A stretch of 64,000 bases of DNA from Eledone cirrhosa. Its lineage: Eukaryota. The first letter of the stretch is position 1. Each line of letters begins with the position of its first letter. Positions 27,983-42,567 of the stretch are shown one piece after another. The notes below the pieces were generated by a model that worked only from the letters and a program-made list of their open reading frames with translations, had not been told where the DNA came from and searched no databases. Location of the stretch: contig OZ024740.1 in assembly GCA_964016885.1 (NCBI GenBank), positions 177,506,001 to 177,570,000 of the forward strand. The letters are read 5' to 3'. Position numbers and translations under genes: made by a program.

Positions 27983-28055
27983 AGCGACTGTGAGGAATCG
28001 AACACAACATTGCTCGGATGCTAGACTAATGCGTTAACTACTACGCTGAACAGCT
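27983..28055 (-). pseudogene. tRNA-like pseudogene or SINE head (Ala-AGC-like loop)
   Basis: D-stem GCGT/ACGC, GTTCGATTCC B box, CT-AGC-AT loop; anticodon and T stems pair poorly; a more decayed copy lies at about 27763-27825. Confidence 0.4.
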
Positions 28056-28322
28056 TCTTACCTCAATTGTTTTGTTTAGACATCTTGCTAGAGGCTTAAA
28101 AGTTTCTAATTATTATGGGCAACCAGAACAAATATCACAAGAATCTTAGTCTGAAGGGCATTCTGCTTCTTTTTTTTTTTTTGTTTCTTTTGCACCCAGT
28201 TTTTAAACACACACGCAGAGAGAGAGGGGGGCGTGGAGAGAGAGAGAGAGAGGGGGGGCGTGGAGAGAGAGAGAGAGAGAGAGAGAGAGGGTGTGGCATG
28301 TATCTATATGTATCTATATATA

Positions 28323-28493
28323 TATTACATAAGAAACGGCGAATCAGTGGTGCGACGAATAAAATTTATTAGACATATTACAATTGCACCACTGATTCTC
28401 CGTTTCTTATGTGATATTATACTCTGCTCTCTAAAAGCATCGAGTGCTCAAGCGACATACCGTTTACGGATGCTTTAAGCATCCCACACCAAT
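28323..28493 (+). mobile_element. PLE-type mini-insert: short inverted arms plus GAGTGCTC extension
   Basis: acataagaaacggcgaatcagtggtgc / gcaccactgattctccgtttcttatgt; ATCGAGTGCTC near 28440; between (TA)n tracts. Confidence 0.6.
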
Positions 28494-28526
<33 letters not shown>

Positions 28527-28615
28527 ATATTTATTTATATTTATATATATATATTTATATATATATATCAGGCTAAATGATTTCTTTAATTTCTTTAGTC
28601 AAAATACGGCGATAG

Positions 28616-28657
<42 letters not shown>

Positions 28658-28789
28658 CATACTACGAGCTATTTACAGATTTTTGTCTACCAAATTCCAT
28701 TCGCATATTATTAGTCAATGGAAGGATATTTTAGAAGGCATTTTCCGAAAGTTTTGCACAATGGGATTGAATCTGGGTCCACCTAATCG

Positions 28790-28840
28790 TGAACTTCTGT
28801 ATCATTGAACTTCTGTATCATTGAACTTCTGTATCATTGA
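28790..28840. repeat. 16-bp tandem repeat x3
   Basis: tgaacttctgtatcat repeated. Confidence 0.9.
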
Positions 28841-28977
28841 GCAAGGTGTTAGGCTACAGATGTTTGTGTTGTTAATTGTCATATCACAGGAAATGGAATA
28901 AGAAGGATGTGAATTCGGTCATAGATATGTTACATTGCAGATAGATGAGGAGGGCGCGATGTCATAGTAAGGGAGGA

Positions 28978-29019
<42 letters not shown>

Positions 29020-29060
29020 GAAGAGAGTGAAAGGGTGTCAAATGACATCCGGATTCAAGA

Positions 29061-29125
<65 letters not shown>

Positions 29126-29514
29126 TACATATATATGTGTATATATATATATATATATTTACAGTGGCGAAAGTGGCGGGAGAGGGATAATAAGAGAGAG
29201 GGTGAGTGGGAATGAGGGTGTGAGTGCGTATAATATCACATCCGGAGGCCGCTGCATATCGATCATATCACCTATCAATGCTTTAGTTTGGCCGATATCA
29301 AGATACGTTGACACAAACAAAAAAAAACTTTATCAGAACAAATAGATGTACTACCTCTAATTACTACCTCCAGTAATAGGAGCTTATTTTTTCCCAAACC
29401 ATAACCATTCATATTGCTATACATAGATCACAGTCCACAATACACTAAACAGATATGTACATGACTGCAATGATTTTAATTATATCTGCCATTTCCCAAC
29501 TGATCTGGATTAAA

Positions 29515-29732
29515 TAATGATTTCTAGTTTAGGCACAAGGCCAATAATTTGGGGTGGCGCAGGAGGAGAAAGTCGATTATATCGACCCCGATACTTTGCT
29601 AATACTTTACTTCATTGACCTTGAAATGATGAAAGGCAAAGTAAAGTTAACCTCGGTGGGACTTGAACTCAGAACGTGAAGAGCCGGAACAAATCTGCGA
29701 CGCATTTTTTCGATGATCTACCGATTCTTCCA
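29515..29732 (-). mobile_element. SINE family A, diverged
   Basis: ggcacaaggcc...atcgacccc...gatgaaaggcaaagt...ttgaactcagaacg. Confidence 0.75.
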
Positions 29733-29899
29733 ACCTCCTCGCTTATACCTAGGTCCAGATAATAAAAAAGACACGAAATTTGTGGTCACTTATTCAACTA
29801 GAGACAACAACCAAATCTTCACCCAAATCTTACAAAAGAGCACACTGGATAACGTGGTCCTAGATTCCCCGCAAAGAGTAAAAGGACAAGATGTTCACG

Positions 29900-31150
29900 G
29901 ATAGAAGAACGGAAATCATATGTTTTGGGGCTAAAACACAACAGCAACAGATAGAATTTCATAATATTTTTGGAGAAGAGAGGAAGACAGCGAAATCTGA
30001 GCCGAGAACACATTAGGACGTAGCTACTGTGTTTTTTTCGGTGTAAAGAATTCCACAATCCAACAAGGTGGCAGGGAGGTAAAAGAATATCGAGTAGTAA
30101 AGGCGGGTTTGGAAGTTATAATTATCGCACTAAGTGTTGTAGTGTTAGGATAACTGCTGAGGTAGCAAGTGCCGATATCGTAACAACTAAATAATTCCCT
30201 GCATAATTCCAAGACATGATACATTCTGGTGAAAATCCGGAGGATCCTACTTTTATTGTAGATAAGACAGCGAATGATATAGAGATAGAAGAGAGTGCCT
30301 TCACGGACCATTATTGCTTCCGACAAAAAGCCTGCATTAGGATTTAAAGCTGCCAAGCATAGACTAAATCACACAATTTTGAACTTTGAAATTAAAGACA
30401 ATGTCGGTTTTTTTCATCGTAGTATGTTAAATAGTTTATAATTACCTGTTTATTAGAAGTTCAAGAAGACTTTGTGCCACACGGAAATTGTTTAGTTCTA
30501 GCACATATTGAGAATGATTTGCTAACTGAATTATTCTTCTGATAGATAATGCACTTGGCCATCCTTCAAATTTTGCTAAAGCAGACATAACTTACATGCC
30601 TCCGAATACATGTGTTCTCGAACAGATGGCTTTAAAAAAACATACCACCAGTAGGGAATTTTAAAATAAACAATGGTCATATGCTGTACAAGATTACTCT
30701 CGGTCATTTAACATTAAATGTCGTTCATTTTATTGATATTGCTTTGAAAAGGGTCGCTATTCGAGGCAAGGGATTACTTCGAAAGATTTGGGTCTGTGGA
30801 AGAAAGAGTTACAATCATAAAAGTACTGTCAATGTTCAGACACGTGGGGATGGAATTTATACAGTTACAGAAGAGGACGTCTTACAATATAGTGTTGATA
30901 GGAAAGGAAATGAAAACGAGGTTACTTCTGACGGATTAGCATTTCCAGCAGAACATCTGGATGCAGAAAAAGCGTAGAAGAAGGAAGATGAAGCAACGTG
31001 TGTTGTGATGATAAGAAGAACCGACGCCTTTAAATGATTTCTTGCAAATGCTAACACATTGATTGAAGAGTACTGTCAAATGAACAATGTAGAGGAGTTT
31101 TATTATAGCCTTTGTAAAATATTATAAAATTCTTAAGCAGTTGAAAAGAT
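29900..31150 (+). mobile_element. pogo/Tigger-like transposase remnant
   Basis: Manual translation across frameshifts: SSKGGF..VRITAEVASAD; TFIVDKT; KPALGFKAAKHRL; ILLIDNALGHP; YMPPNT; boundaries approximate. Confidence 0.7.
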
Positions 31151-31249
31151 AGACGCGGCAACAACACTTCGTTCATATTTTTGGAAGCTGTTTGAATATC
31201 AACCAGTGCTATCATCACAGAAGTAAAGTCCCAGCACAACTGAAGTTAC

Positions 31250-31520
31250 TGACTGAAAGATGCATCTATATGGTGCAAGATCATTTCAAAAACCTGTTTA
31301 CTCGCATATGAGAACCAGTACAACCCTGGCAATTGAAAGAGAAATGAATCCTACATAGGATATCTTGGAACGTAATTGAAGGATCCAGGCCTTAGACTAA
31401 CGGTACTAAGAAATGTCATCTCTGTTTTTGTGAGACATTTAGAATAATAATTATATGAACTCAAAAAGCGAAATTTTTAGAAGATACCTCCACCTCAAAA
31501 ACCTCCTGAGTGGAAATACT
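31250..31520 (+). mobile_element. Highly decayed PLE endonuclease C-terminal fragment
   Basis: NGTKKCHLCFCETFRI..MNSKSEIFRRYLHL aligns by eye to GTKNCSLCTTEKCRI..LNSKTEIFRCCPHL. Confidence 0.65.
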
Positions 31521-31688
31521 CACTAAATTCAACTTATTTTCAACCGCCTTAATTTGATTTACATACTTTCGTAATATCTTTTCTGTCTTTTTTCTTTCCA
31601 AACCTACATAATATAGTATAACTACTATACCAGCCCATACCTTAACACACACACAGAGACACACACGCGCACACACACACACACACAT

Positions 31689-31825
<137 letters not shown>

Positions 31826-32027
31826 TATGTATGTATGTATGTATATATATATATATATACAGTATATATATATATAAATATATTTATATACATATATAAT
31901 ACATATATGCATACATATATATATATATATGCATATATACATATGTAGTATATATATATATATATATATTCCCATGTACTGTGCGGTTTGTTTTCTTATT
32001 TTTGGTATTGCTTTTACATACATATAT

Positions 32028-32112
<85 letters not shown>

Positions 32113-32458
32113 CATGAATCTGTAAATCGATATACGTTTAAGAAAGGAATTAAAGAAGAATAAAAAGATCAATCATCATCATAAGTAGCTGTAACAATAA
32201 GAGTAGCAGCAATGGTTACGAACCTGTCCACGCGAGAAGCACGAGAATCCTAGCTATGATTGATGGCTTATTGTGTCCAGCTTACGTTCAAGGCGTGCCT
32301 TATTTCTGAATGTCTTCTTACATACCACTGGCTGATCTATACCTCTTTAAATCGCCTACACATTCCATTGTTAGAGTTCTCTTCCCTCATCTTTCCACGA
32401 ATGTCTAATACATAACATACATATATACATACATACATACTCACACACACACACACAT

Positions 32459-33294
<836 letters not shown>

Positions 33295-33347
33295 GTATAC
33301 ATATATATACATATATATATATACGTATACATATATATATATATATA

Positions 33348-33956
33348 TGGTGGCTGCCAACTCGTTTTCGAGTACGGCCACTACTTTATATCCATGTAGG
33401 AGAACTCCTACCGATGCGCTGAACGAGTGTGACTTCTTAGTCCAGCCAGCGACTTGAAAACTCTGGTACAAACACTACACTTGTGACAATTATTGACACA
33501 TAGTGCTGGCCCCATGGTACCATGTGAGGACAAGTGCAGAGAGATCTCCAGATATAAAGCAATGCCTGTGCCGTGAAGCTTTTATAGTGAGCAAAGGCAC
33601 TGCACAAAGCCAGTCCCACTCTCTTAACCAAGATGATATTTACCAAAAAGAAGAACAAGTCAACATCATTGGATACCATCAGGGTTGCAGGTGTTATATC
33701 AGAGTTTTCCTTCTCCTAGAATTCTGCCTTGACAAAGGCTAAGGGGTCATCTCTCCCGGTGATTTTGGATGGCCATTGACTCTTAAGAGCTCCTTTGCCC
33801 TTTGACAGGTTTTGTTTTTAGTCCTGCAGGATGTCCAAAGTAACCCTCCTCACCAAGAAACCTTGGTGGGGTTGCCAGTTTAGTCGCCAACGTCCCGACC
33901 ATGAGACAGGTTGTACTGGAATACATGTTACCAGTAGCACCAACTGGTGACCTGAC
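33348..33956 (-). mobile_element. Interspersed repeat, RTE-5'UTR/SINE-like (copy 2, longer)
   Basis: Matches 12358-12772 and extends ~200 bp further; flanked by (TA)n. Confidence 0.6.
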
Positions 33957-33986
33957 ACATATATATATATACATATATATATATAC

Positions 33987-34053
<67 letters not shown>

Positions 34054-34054
34054 C

Positions 34055-34122
<68 letters not shown>

Positions 34123-34151
34123 GTATACATATATATATATATGTATATATA

Positions 34152-34184
<33 letters not shown>

Positions 34185-34212
34185 ATATATATATATACAC
34201 ATACACATACAC

Positions 34213-34321
<109 letters not shown>

Positions 34322-34979
34322 CACATATATGAAAAAACATTGTTGTCTCTGATCGAGACGAAGCGCAAGTGTGTATTTGAATACATACTACAATGAGAAG
34401 ACTGATCTCTAGAACAGCCGTTATAACAGCTAAATGCCGTCAAAGACAGCGATGGGAAAATATGCGTCAGAGAACAGAGACCAGCGGCCAGTGGTGAACA
34501 GAGAAACAATCCACAAGATGGGTGACAGGCAGATGAAATATAGAAAAGAATGTTTTCTCAAAATATTTTAGGAATTCACGATTAAAGCAGTAATCTATTA
34601 AAGTACTCCATAAGCTTAGGCGCTACAAATAAATATAGGTAGATTTACCTGAACAAAGAAAAGCAATTCAAAGCTTGTATGTATCAACCTAAACATATAT
34701 ATTTTACCATGACTCATACGTTTTTCTGCAAACCAGTTATTCTCTTAGAATATTATCTGTGATTTTCACCATCAAGATAGGTTTTCAATTTACCGAAAAT
34801 ATATACAAGTATGTGAGCTTAAATCTATATCCATTGTCGCTTGATTTCTAAATAAACCTCAAGTACAATGTGGTGATCTGCATGTGGCCATAACAAAATG
34901 GATTCTTATTTACATTTAGTTCTTTTGATTAAATCTATAGAAAATAATTCTCATTAAAGAAGCTGATAAATGAGGATAT

Positions 34980-35690
34980 TTTGTCTTTTTGGACAGCGAA
35001 CTCTGCACAAATATTGTATAAAATATGTTACAAGACACGCTATGAAGAAAATAAAGATTATACCTTTTATAAAGTGATGAAACAACTCAAAAATTTACTA
35101 TACCTACACCGAAATTGTTTTAACCGGTAAGAAGTTACACTGACCAATTTTAAATGTAAGACAAATGACATCTATGGACGTCCAAAAGACGCAAAAATAA
35201 CTCAATTAATGAGCCATGCGAAAACATTCGCGTGAATATACCCAAACCAATTGAGCTACAACTAAAACCCATTATAGCAGACTTGAACTGTGAGCCACAT
35301 TGCCTATGTATCCTCCTAGATACCTTGCTGAAGCCTCTCCTCAAATACATTTGGAACTTCATGCGATCTAGATATGCTCAACCATCTACCAAATAAAGTA
35401 AACAAAAACCTCTACATTATTTCGTTGGATATTGTGAACCTATATAGCACCATTCTTCACCATTACTGAATCAACTCTATTAAATAATGGTTAGACTCTT
35501 TCCCTCGTAAGCACCGTACTGCATTAATAGAACATTCATTACAGATGGTCGTTAGTATATGTTTTAAAACTCTTATTTCCTGTTCTATGAAACAGCCTAC
35601 CAACAAACGTCAGGAACCGCCACGAAAACGAAAGTTACAACAACATACTTCAACATTGTCATAGAATAATACGAATTAAAAATCTACTCA
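34980..35690 (+). mobile_element. Decayed PLE reverse-transcriptase fragment
   Basis: IYGRPK..QLKPIIADLNCEPHCLCILLDTLLKPLL..SLDIVNLYSTILHH..YQQTSGTATKTKVTTTYFNI; 35017-35100 recurs inverted at about 45266-45347. Confidence 0.65.
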
Positions 35691-35824
35691 TATATAAATA
35701 TATATATATATATATTGTTTGTCTTGTTCAGCCGGCATACAACTCCGAATATATATATATATAACGAAGGAAATGTGGTAAGAAACCAGGTGGACCATAA
35801 CGTCTAAATGGAAAATAATTAACG

Positions 35825-35974
<150 letters not shown>

Positions 35975-36001
35975 CCATACATAGACATACACATAAATAC
36001 A

Positions 36002-36060
<59 letters not shown>

Positions 36061-36061
<1 letters not shown>

Positions 36062-36198
36062 ACAAAGGTAATGTGGTAAGGAACCAAGTGGACCATAACG
36101 CACCAAAGTACTCAATACTTAGGGTAGTAGAGTGGGTAATAGGAACGAGTAGGACCCCGACGGCTGAGCTCAAGCCGTTTCGACGGCTAATTCTGGAC
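36061..36198 (-). mobile_element. Family P1 PLE-type mini-insert
   Basis: Reverse copy of 4173-4345 and 56661-56836; GAAA-CGGCT-TGAGCTC-AGCCG-TC-GGGGT. Confidence 0.65.
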
Positions 36199-36501
36199 TA
36201 TATATATATATATACACGCATACATACGCACACACATATATATAGATATATGTACACACACCTATATACGCACACCCACAATTAATTATAATAAAAATAA
36301 AAAACAATGAACAACCATATAATGCAATAGGCCGTCACATAAAAATAATAATTATACGACTTAAGAAAATAAAAATTATTATAAAATTGACAACGATACA
36401 GAAAAGGACACAAATAAATAAACAAACACGCGTGGTAAGCAATACACAGATTTACACATACACATACATACATATAAATATATACATACACACACACATA
36501 T

Positions 36502-36572
<71 letters not shown>

Positions 36573-36773
36573 AGAAAATACATAAATATTATATATATAT
36601 AAAAATAAAAAGGTGGAAGGGGTAAACAAATAGTTGGGAATACGACAGATAATAAATAAATAAATAGATAAAGTTATAAATGTTGATAACTGATTTAGAG
36701 CACTCAACAAGTTCCTGGGGCAAATAATCAATGAAAATAAACATTAAATCACTCTGTATGTAATTATGCATAT

Positions 36774-36840
<67 letters not shown>

Positions 36841-36844
36841 CACA

Positions 36845-36878
<34 letters not shown>

Positions 36879-37007
36879 AATACACACAGACATATATATA
36901 TATATATATAAATACACATATATACACACACACACTAATATACACACACACATATATATACAAAATGTTACGTCACCACCTTAATAAAAATACACACACA
37001 CATATAA

Positions 37008-37109
<102 letters not shown>

Positions 37110-37139
37110 AGAACAAAAGATGGTTAAAAGAGTTCCATG

Positions 37140-37210
37140 TATTTTATTATGCGCATTTCAAAAACAAATATCATCATGCAATAATATTTGTGTTTTCATC
37201 AGATAAAACA
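37140..37210 (-). ncRNA. Type I hammerhead ribozyme (left arm)
   Basis: Mirror of 37329-37399. Confidence 0.82.
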
Positions 37211-37328
37211 GGAAGACATGATATGAAGGTTAAAAAACACTTGTGGATAGTGCAGTTTTAAATCAACATATGTTGATTTAAAACTGCACTATCCACAAGT
37301 GTTTTTTAACCTTCATATCATGTCTTCC

Positions 37329-37399
37329 TGTTTTATCTGATGAAAACACAAATATTATTGCATGATGATATTTGTTTTTGAAATGCGCATAATAAAATA
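37329..37399 (+). ncRNA. Type I hammerhead ribozyme (right arm)
   Basis: TGTTTTAT-CTGATGA-AAACACAAATATTATT GCAT GATGATATTTGTTTTT-GAAA-TGCGCA-TA-ATAAAATA. Confidence 0.82.
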
Positions 37400-37859
37400 C
37401 ATGGAACTCTTTTAACCATCTTTTGTTCTTATATATTATGTATACTCCAGTCCTACAAACTGTAGAGTGCTTCTTATCCGATATCTGCATTGCTTTATTG
37501 TACTACAATAAAACTCACATCCTACATTATATATATATATATGTATATATACATACAAATACATACAGATGTATATAATTATATACACATATATATATAC
37601 ATATATATATATATGTACATATATATTCATATACACAACACATACATACACACAGAAATAAATATCTATAAATAAAAAAGGTGGGTATGTAAAGGGTAAG
37701 GTAGAAAGTAGGGGGGAATAAGGAAAATAAATAACATAGGAAAAAGTTTAAATATAAGGGGAGATAAGGGAGAAAAAGAATATAAGGGTACAGAAAGTGA
37801 GTTCAGAGAGTAACAAAAATCGTAGTGGATGTAAGGCGTAAAGAGCAGAGAAGAAGTTG

Positions 37860-39975
37860 AAGGTGGTTGAGTCATCGTAGGAATGTCAATCCAGTTACAG
37901 AGCAGATGTGATTTCAGGTGAGGACAACATCTGAAGATCTCGGTCTTGGAGTTCAGGCAAGTTGAAGTGGCTTTCAAGTTTTGTAGAATTCTACATTTTT
38001 CAGTGGTACACAAAGAACAATTCTTTGTACCCCTTTGGTATTCCCTCGAATGGTCTAAAATAGACCAATCAATAGAGTACGGGATGTTTTTATCTTTGAA
38101 TTCCCACACCATATTTGCGAGAGCCGTTGCTGTTCTTTTATCAGAGTGTTTAAAAGAAGCGACATGTGAATAAAACCTGGTTTTGAACCTGTCCTGAGTC
38201 ATCCCAACATATCGTTCACTCCTAGTTGGCTGGTTGTTAATCAAAGGTGTCACTTTGGCCTCATATACAACGGATTTGGTATTACATTTGCCCTGTAATG
38301 GGCATTCATCCGGCTTCCTGCAACTACATCCTGGATTTATTCTCGTACGATTAGAATTGGTGACTTTAGACTCCGTTGATGGGCAGCAAGAGTAACTGAT
38401 TTTAACTACATTTCTATTAAATATCTTATAATATCTAGGATTAGGGAGAAATTGTTTGTCTAAGAGGTCAAGGAATTTCCTTCCTACATTAATTTTGACA
38501 GTTAGAGAGAAGGGGGTGTAAACCAAATAATTTTCCTTTTCCTATTATTGTGATTAGTTTTAGGAGGAGGAGTAGGTAAATATTTAATGTGTTCTTTAAA
38601 GCCGCTGTTATTAAGGGCTTTATTATAATAAGAGGCGGCTTTGTTAAAAATGTCTAGAGACGAAGATAAGATAGAAATACTACGGCTAATATTGGGAATA
38701 AGATTTTTAAAAACTATAGGGGGATGGCAAGACTCTTTGTGTATATATCTTAGATTTTCGTTAGGTTTATGATAAGGTTTAAAAGAGGCAGTAAGTAGAT
38801 CAAGATTAATGTCAAGAAATTTAGCATGGGTAAGATTCGTATCTATACTAATTTTAAGGTTTAGGTTAGCAAAAGTATTGATTAAATCTTTACAGAATTT
38901 ATCAAGGTTATGGCCGTTGGTGGTATGAGAAAACCTACAATCCGTCGTCACGGTATAAACCGATATTATGGGAAGGAAATTTCTCTTTTAGGATGTGGAG
39001 AAGGAATAATCCTACTAAGTCACACACAGCCGCACTGTCATATGAACCCATTGCAACATCAAAAGAGTTTTCAGGGCTTGACTTTTTAACCCAAATACTT
39101 TCATTAGTAAAGAGTAGAGTTTTCCAAGCATGAAAGATAATGTCTTCTAATTTAGAAATATTAATGAAGGGTCTTGCAAAATCTAAGACTTTAGTTAATA
39201 AGGAAACAGTAATAGAGGGGTACAATCAACAATATCAAATTGGGTAAATCTACACTTATTTTTACCTTGTATATTATTAAACCAAGAAATAACAGAGGAT
39301 GTATTTAACCATGTGATAAGTCAGTCTTAGTTCTAATTTGGAGAATTATTTTTATTTTTTTCTTGCAAGGCCAACTTCGGATTTAGCCGTGTTAATCAGT
39401 CTACAGCTAGGTCGATTAGTAAAGTCTAAGTTATGGTCTTTAAAAGTAATATATTCTTTACGTTTAGCTAGGCTTTCAATCCGGTTGTCTATTTTTAAAG
39501 AACTGGCTAGTTCTTTAGCTTCTTTATTAATAGTATTGTAGGTGTTATTGTTAGCTAATTGATATTTGTTGGTGATACTATTAGTTAAAAGTTGGATATA
39601 CAAAATACTATTAACTTCAAAGAGATTTTTAGTTTTATCGGAAAGAATAAAAGTGTTTGTAGAATTTTTAAAATTAGAAATATCGTTAGAAAGTTTAGTT
39701 TGAAAATTATTATTGTGCATACGAAATTTGACATCAATAATTAAATTAACAAGGTCTAATTCGAAGTTGGCCATGTCTTTAATTCTAGGTGGGTATTTAC
39801 GGGATTTTATGTCAAAACAATCATTTGTATCAGCACTGAATAGTCTATTGTAAACCATTGCCTTCCATCTCATTCTTTTAACTTGTTCGATTTTATCTAT
39901 AAGCAGTTTGGTATAAGTTGTGTTCGAAGGAGTAGGTATATTTTTGATTGAATAATCCAATTCATAAAGGTCCAT
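37860..39975 (-). pseudogene. PLE RT plus GIY-YIG endonuclease ORF, several frameshifts
   Basis: YSIKNIP..KRMRWKA; FDIVD.YPSI; FDVAMGSYD; GLYRDDGL; FLDINLDL; RKIIWFTPP; CSCRKPDEC; VVYEAKV..RYVGMT..FKTRFYSH; CSLC..EK..LNSKTE. Confidence 0.9.
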
Positions 39976-40417
39976 GGTGTATGTTGGTTAAATTACTGAA
40001 AACTGTAGAGTGCTCAACTAATCGGGCTGGAAAGTGCCAATCATATATGTAATATAGAATATGCTTCAATCAATCCTGGTTAATTACCTTAAAATTACTA
40101 TAGATACGAACCTTACCAATTCTAACTTTCTTGACATTAATCTTGATCTACTTACTGCCTCTTTTAAACCTTATCATAAACCTAACGAAAATCTAAGATA
40201 TATACACAAAGAGTCTTGCCATGCCCCTATAGTTTTTAAAAATCTTATTCCCAATATTAGCCGTAGGATTTCTACCTTATCTTCGTCTCTAGTCATTTTT
40301 AACAAGTTTACATTATTATAATAAAGCCCTTAATAAGAGCGGCTTTACAGAACAGATTAAATATTTACCTACTCCCCCTCCTAAAACTAATCATAATAAT
40401 AGGAAAAGGAAAATTAT

Positions 40418-41086
40418 TTGGTTTACACCCCCTTCTCTCTAACTGTCAAAACTAATGTAGGAAGGAAATTCCTTGACTTCTTAGACAAACATTTTCCCCC
40501 TAATCCTAGATATTATAAGATATTTAATAGAAATGTAGTTAAAATCAGTTACTCTTGCTGCCCATCAACGGAGTCTAAAATCACCAATTCTAATCGTACG
40601 AGAATAAATCCAGGATGTAGTTGCAGGAAGCCGGATGAATGCCCATTACAGGGCAAATGTAATACCAAATCCGTTGTATATGAGGCCAAAGTGACACCTT
40701 TGATTAACAACCAGCCAACCTGGAGTGAACGATATGTTGGGAGGACTCAGGACAGGTTCAAAACCAGGTTTTATTCACATGTCGCTTCTTTTAAACACTC
40801 TGATAAAAGAACAGCAACGGCTCTCGCAAATAAGGTGTGGGAATTCAAAGATAAAAACATCCCGTACTCTATTGATTGGTCTATTTTAGACCATTCGAGG
40901 GAATACCAAAGGGGTACAAAGAATTGTTCTTTGTGTATCACTGAAAAATGTAGAATTCTACAAAATTTGAAAGCCACTTCAACTTGCCTGAATTCCAAGA
41001 CCGAGATCTTCAGATGTTGTCCTCACCTGAAATCACATCTGCTCTGTAACTGGATTGACAGACCTACGATGACTCAACCACCTTGA
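40418..41086 (+). pseudogene. PLE GIY-YIG domain, inverted duplicate
   Basis: 222-aa ORF nearly identical to the peptide of 37666-38526(-). Confidence 0.88.
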
Positions 41087-41695
41087 ACTTCTCTGCTCTT
41101 TACGCCTTACATCCATTACGATTTTTATTACTCTCTGAACTCACTTTCTGTACCCTTATATTCTTTTTCTCCCTTATCACCCCTTATATTTAAACTTTTT
41201 CCTCTTATTTATTTTCCTTATTCCCCCCTACTTTCTACCTTAACCTTTACATACCCACCTTTTTTATTTATAGATATTTATTTCTGGTATTTAGGGTTTG
41301 GCTATGTGTATACGGGAGTTTTGCGTCCGCGTGAGTGTGCAGGTTCGTACGTATGGTGGGTGTGTGTATATGTGTACTTCTTGTTTTAGTTGACTTACGT
41401 CTCCGAACATTCGTGTATTTATATGTAGGTATGCGTGTGCGCTTGTTATATACGTATTTATTTACTTATATACGTTTATATAATTATTTATTTATTTGTA
41501 CACAAGCATACACACACACACATATTTATATGTGCGTGGTTTTGTATACCCATGGTAAGGTTTTGCGTATGCTTGTGTATGTACGTATCTGTTTGCGTGT
41601 ATGTATTTATTTGTTCCTATTACTTCTGTATTGTATTTATTTACTTTGTTCTTAACTCTGTAGCGGAGATTCATTTGGTCTCCTAGTTAGAATTT

Positions 41696-41950
41696 TAGTC
41701 TACGATTTCTGCTATACCATTTACGTGGTTTTGTCTTTGCGTGCTATTGTTCTCCACGCTCCACATATGACTTATTATCTTCGTTTTTTCGTTCATTGCC
41801 AGAGAACGTCTCTATGCACCACCTAAGAGAACATTAGTCTACGACCTCTTTTATACCATAAACGTGGTTTTGTCTTTGCGCGTAATTGTTTTTCACCGCT
41901 CCTATTAATGACGTATTATTCATTTTTTCCCGTTCTTTGCCAGCGAACGT
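41696..41950. repeat. Diverged direct repeat (~115 bp, offset 139)
   Basis: ttagtctacga...acgtggttttgtctttgcg...tgccag.gaacgt occurs twice. Confidence 0.75.
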
Positions 41951-42024
41951 TACCACGAACCAAAGTATCGTATTCATGTCTTCCTCCGGTTGCAACGTTT
42001 TTTGAAATATCCAGTTCTGCGTTT

Positions 42025-42100
42025 ACAGATTGACTTTGTTAGTTTCAGAAGATCCCGTTAAGGGTGTAAGCAGCGATTCTTTGCTTAAACTTTAATCTGT
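42025..42100 (+). ncRNA. Degenerate hammerhead-like fold
   Basis: AGTTT-CAGAAGA-TCCC GTTAA GGGT-GTAA-GCA..TGC-TT-AAACT with distal helix acagattga/ttaatctgt; two core substitutions. Confidence 0.45.
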
Positions 42101-42200
42101 TATTTTAATAAATATTTGCTTTACGGTTCTTATATATTTGATATATATTTTCCTTATCGAGCCCTCTTTGGATTTTAGTCTTCAATTTTATTATTATTAC

Positions 42201-42302
<102 letters not shown>

Positions 42303-42372
42303 TGTATTTATGTGTATGTGTATGTATTGATATATATGTGTATGCGTATATATGTGTGTATGTATCTATCTA

Positions 42373-42427
<55 letters not shown>

Positions 42428-42567
42428 ATGTATATGTGTGTCTGCATGTGTGTTTATCTACTTTTATATTTATTCTTTTTCCTTTCCTTCTTCCTTTTCC
42501 AGCCACACTTTCATATAGATTATAGTTTTGTTTTTGAAATCCATTGTCAATAAATACAGCAGTATGT

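Larger units (their letters stand above)
37655..41285. mobile_element. Penelope-like element (C-terminal GIY-YIG, Hydra-clade-like) with an inverted duplicated 3' part
   Basis: Near-full copy on the minus strand (about 40050 to 37655); + strand arm 40086-41285 mirrors 38860-37655. Confidence 0.9.
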
